The position numbers and the translations under genes were made by a program. Below, one piece after another: positions 31,747-32,000 of a stretch of DNA of 32,000 nucleotides. The stretch's first letter is position 1. The number at the start of each line of letters is the position of its first letter. The notes under the pieces are model-generated. The model was not told the DNA's origin and made no database searches. It saw only the letters and a program-made list of their open reading frames with translations. Source of the DNA: Pseudomonas aeruginosa (lineage in GTDB: Bacteria > Pseudomonadota > Gammaproteobacteria > Pseudomonadales > Pseudomonadaceae); NCBI RefSeq assembly GCF_001457615.1, contig NZ_LN831024.1, forward strand, positions 3,540,001 through 3,572,000, in the 5' to 3' direction.

Positions 31747-32000
31747 CTATCTGTCGATCGCCTGCAGGAACGAGGGCGCGATGTAGCGCTGGTAATGCGC
31801 TTCCGACAGCAGGAAGAATTCCCGGTCGATGGCATCGCGCAGGTCCGGCAGGCTCCAGTCGCGGAATTCCGGCAGCAGTGCCACGCCGTAGGCTTCGATC
31901 TGGTTGATCAGCCGGGAACCGCGGGCGATCAACTGGTAGGCCCAGCAATAGGGAGACTGCTCGGGGACGAAACGGATCTGCCGCTGCTCCAGTTGCAGGC
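31747..32000 (-). CDS. C-terminal part of a hypothetical protein (PA1788-like), 5' end outside the window
   Basis: Open frame from the window edge: LQLEQRQIRFVPEQSPYCWAYQLIARGSRLINQIEAYGVALLPEFRDWSLPDLRDAIDREFFLLSEAHYQRYIAPSFLQAIDR*. Confidence 0.6.
   Translation of the reverse strand, partial: LQLEQRQIRFVPEQSPYCWAYQLIARGSRLINQIEAYGVALLPEFRDWSLPDLRDAIDREFFLLSEAHYQRYIAPSFLQAIDR

Overview
This window is an ordinary, densely coded, GC-rich chromosomal region. From recall of gene order and protein sequences (no database search) it matches the Pseudomonas aeruginosa core genome around PA1812-PA1788. Order: mltD 3' end with LysM repeats; a Yej/Npp-type peptide ABC transporter with two paralogous binding proteins (nppA1A2BCD-like); fabI; the protein quality-control block on the minus strand (tig-clpP-clpX-lon-hupB-tRNA-Asp-ppiD); the ParR-ParS two-component system; a beta-lactamase-fold protein (PA1797-like); a small ORF and a minus-strand 73-aa ORF; a four-tRNA cluster (Arg-TCT, His-GTG, Leu-TAG, His-GTG); folD; glnS-cysS; ppiB-lpxH; an SPFH/band-7-like protein; a miaE-like tRNA hydroxylase; a tandem universal stress protein with a perfect Anr/Dnr-type box; and a partial minus-strand gene. 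I see no mobile elements, CRISPR arrays or phage genes. The observations most worth following up are: (1) the PA1797-like protein appears to have lost all three catalytic motifs of the serine beta-lactamase family (SxxK->DLSK, YxN->HSN, HxG->YAS) and sits next to the ParRS antimicrobial-peptide sensor; (2) an unlisted 38-aa signal-peptide-bearing ORF overlaps its stop codon (ATGA); (3) a perfect TTGAT-N4-ATCAA box lies upstream of the usp gene; (4) a sigma-32-like promoter lies upstream of lon; (5) a tRNA-His-terminator module is duplicated.
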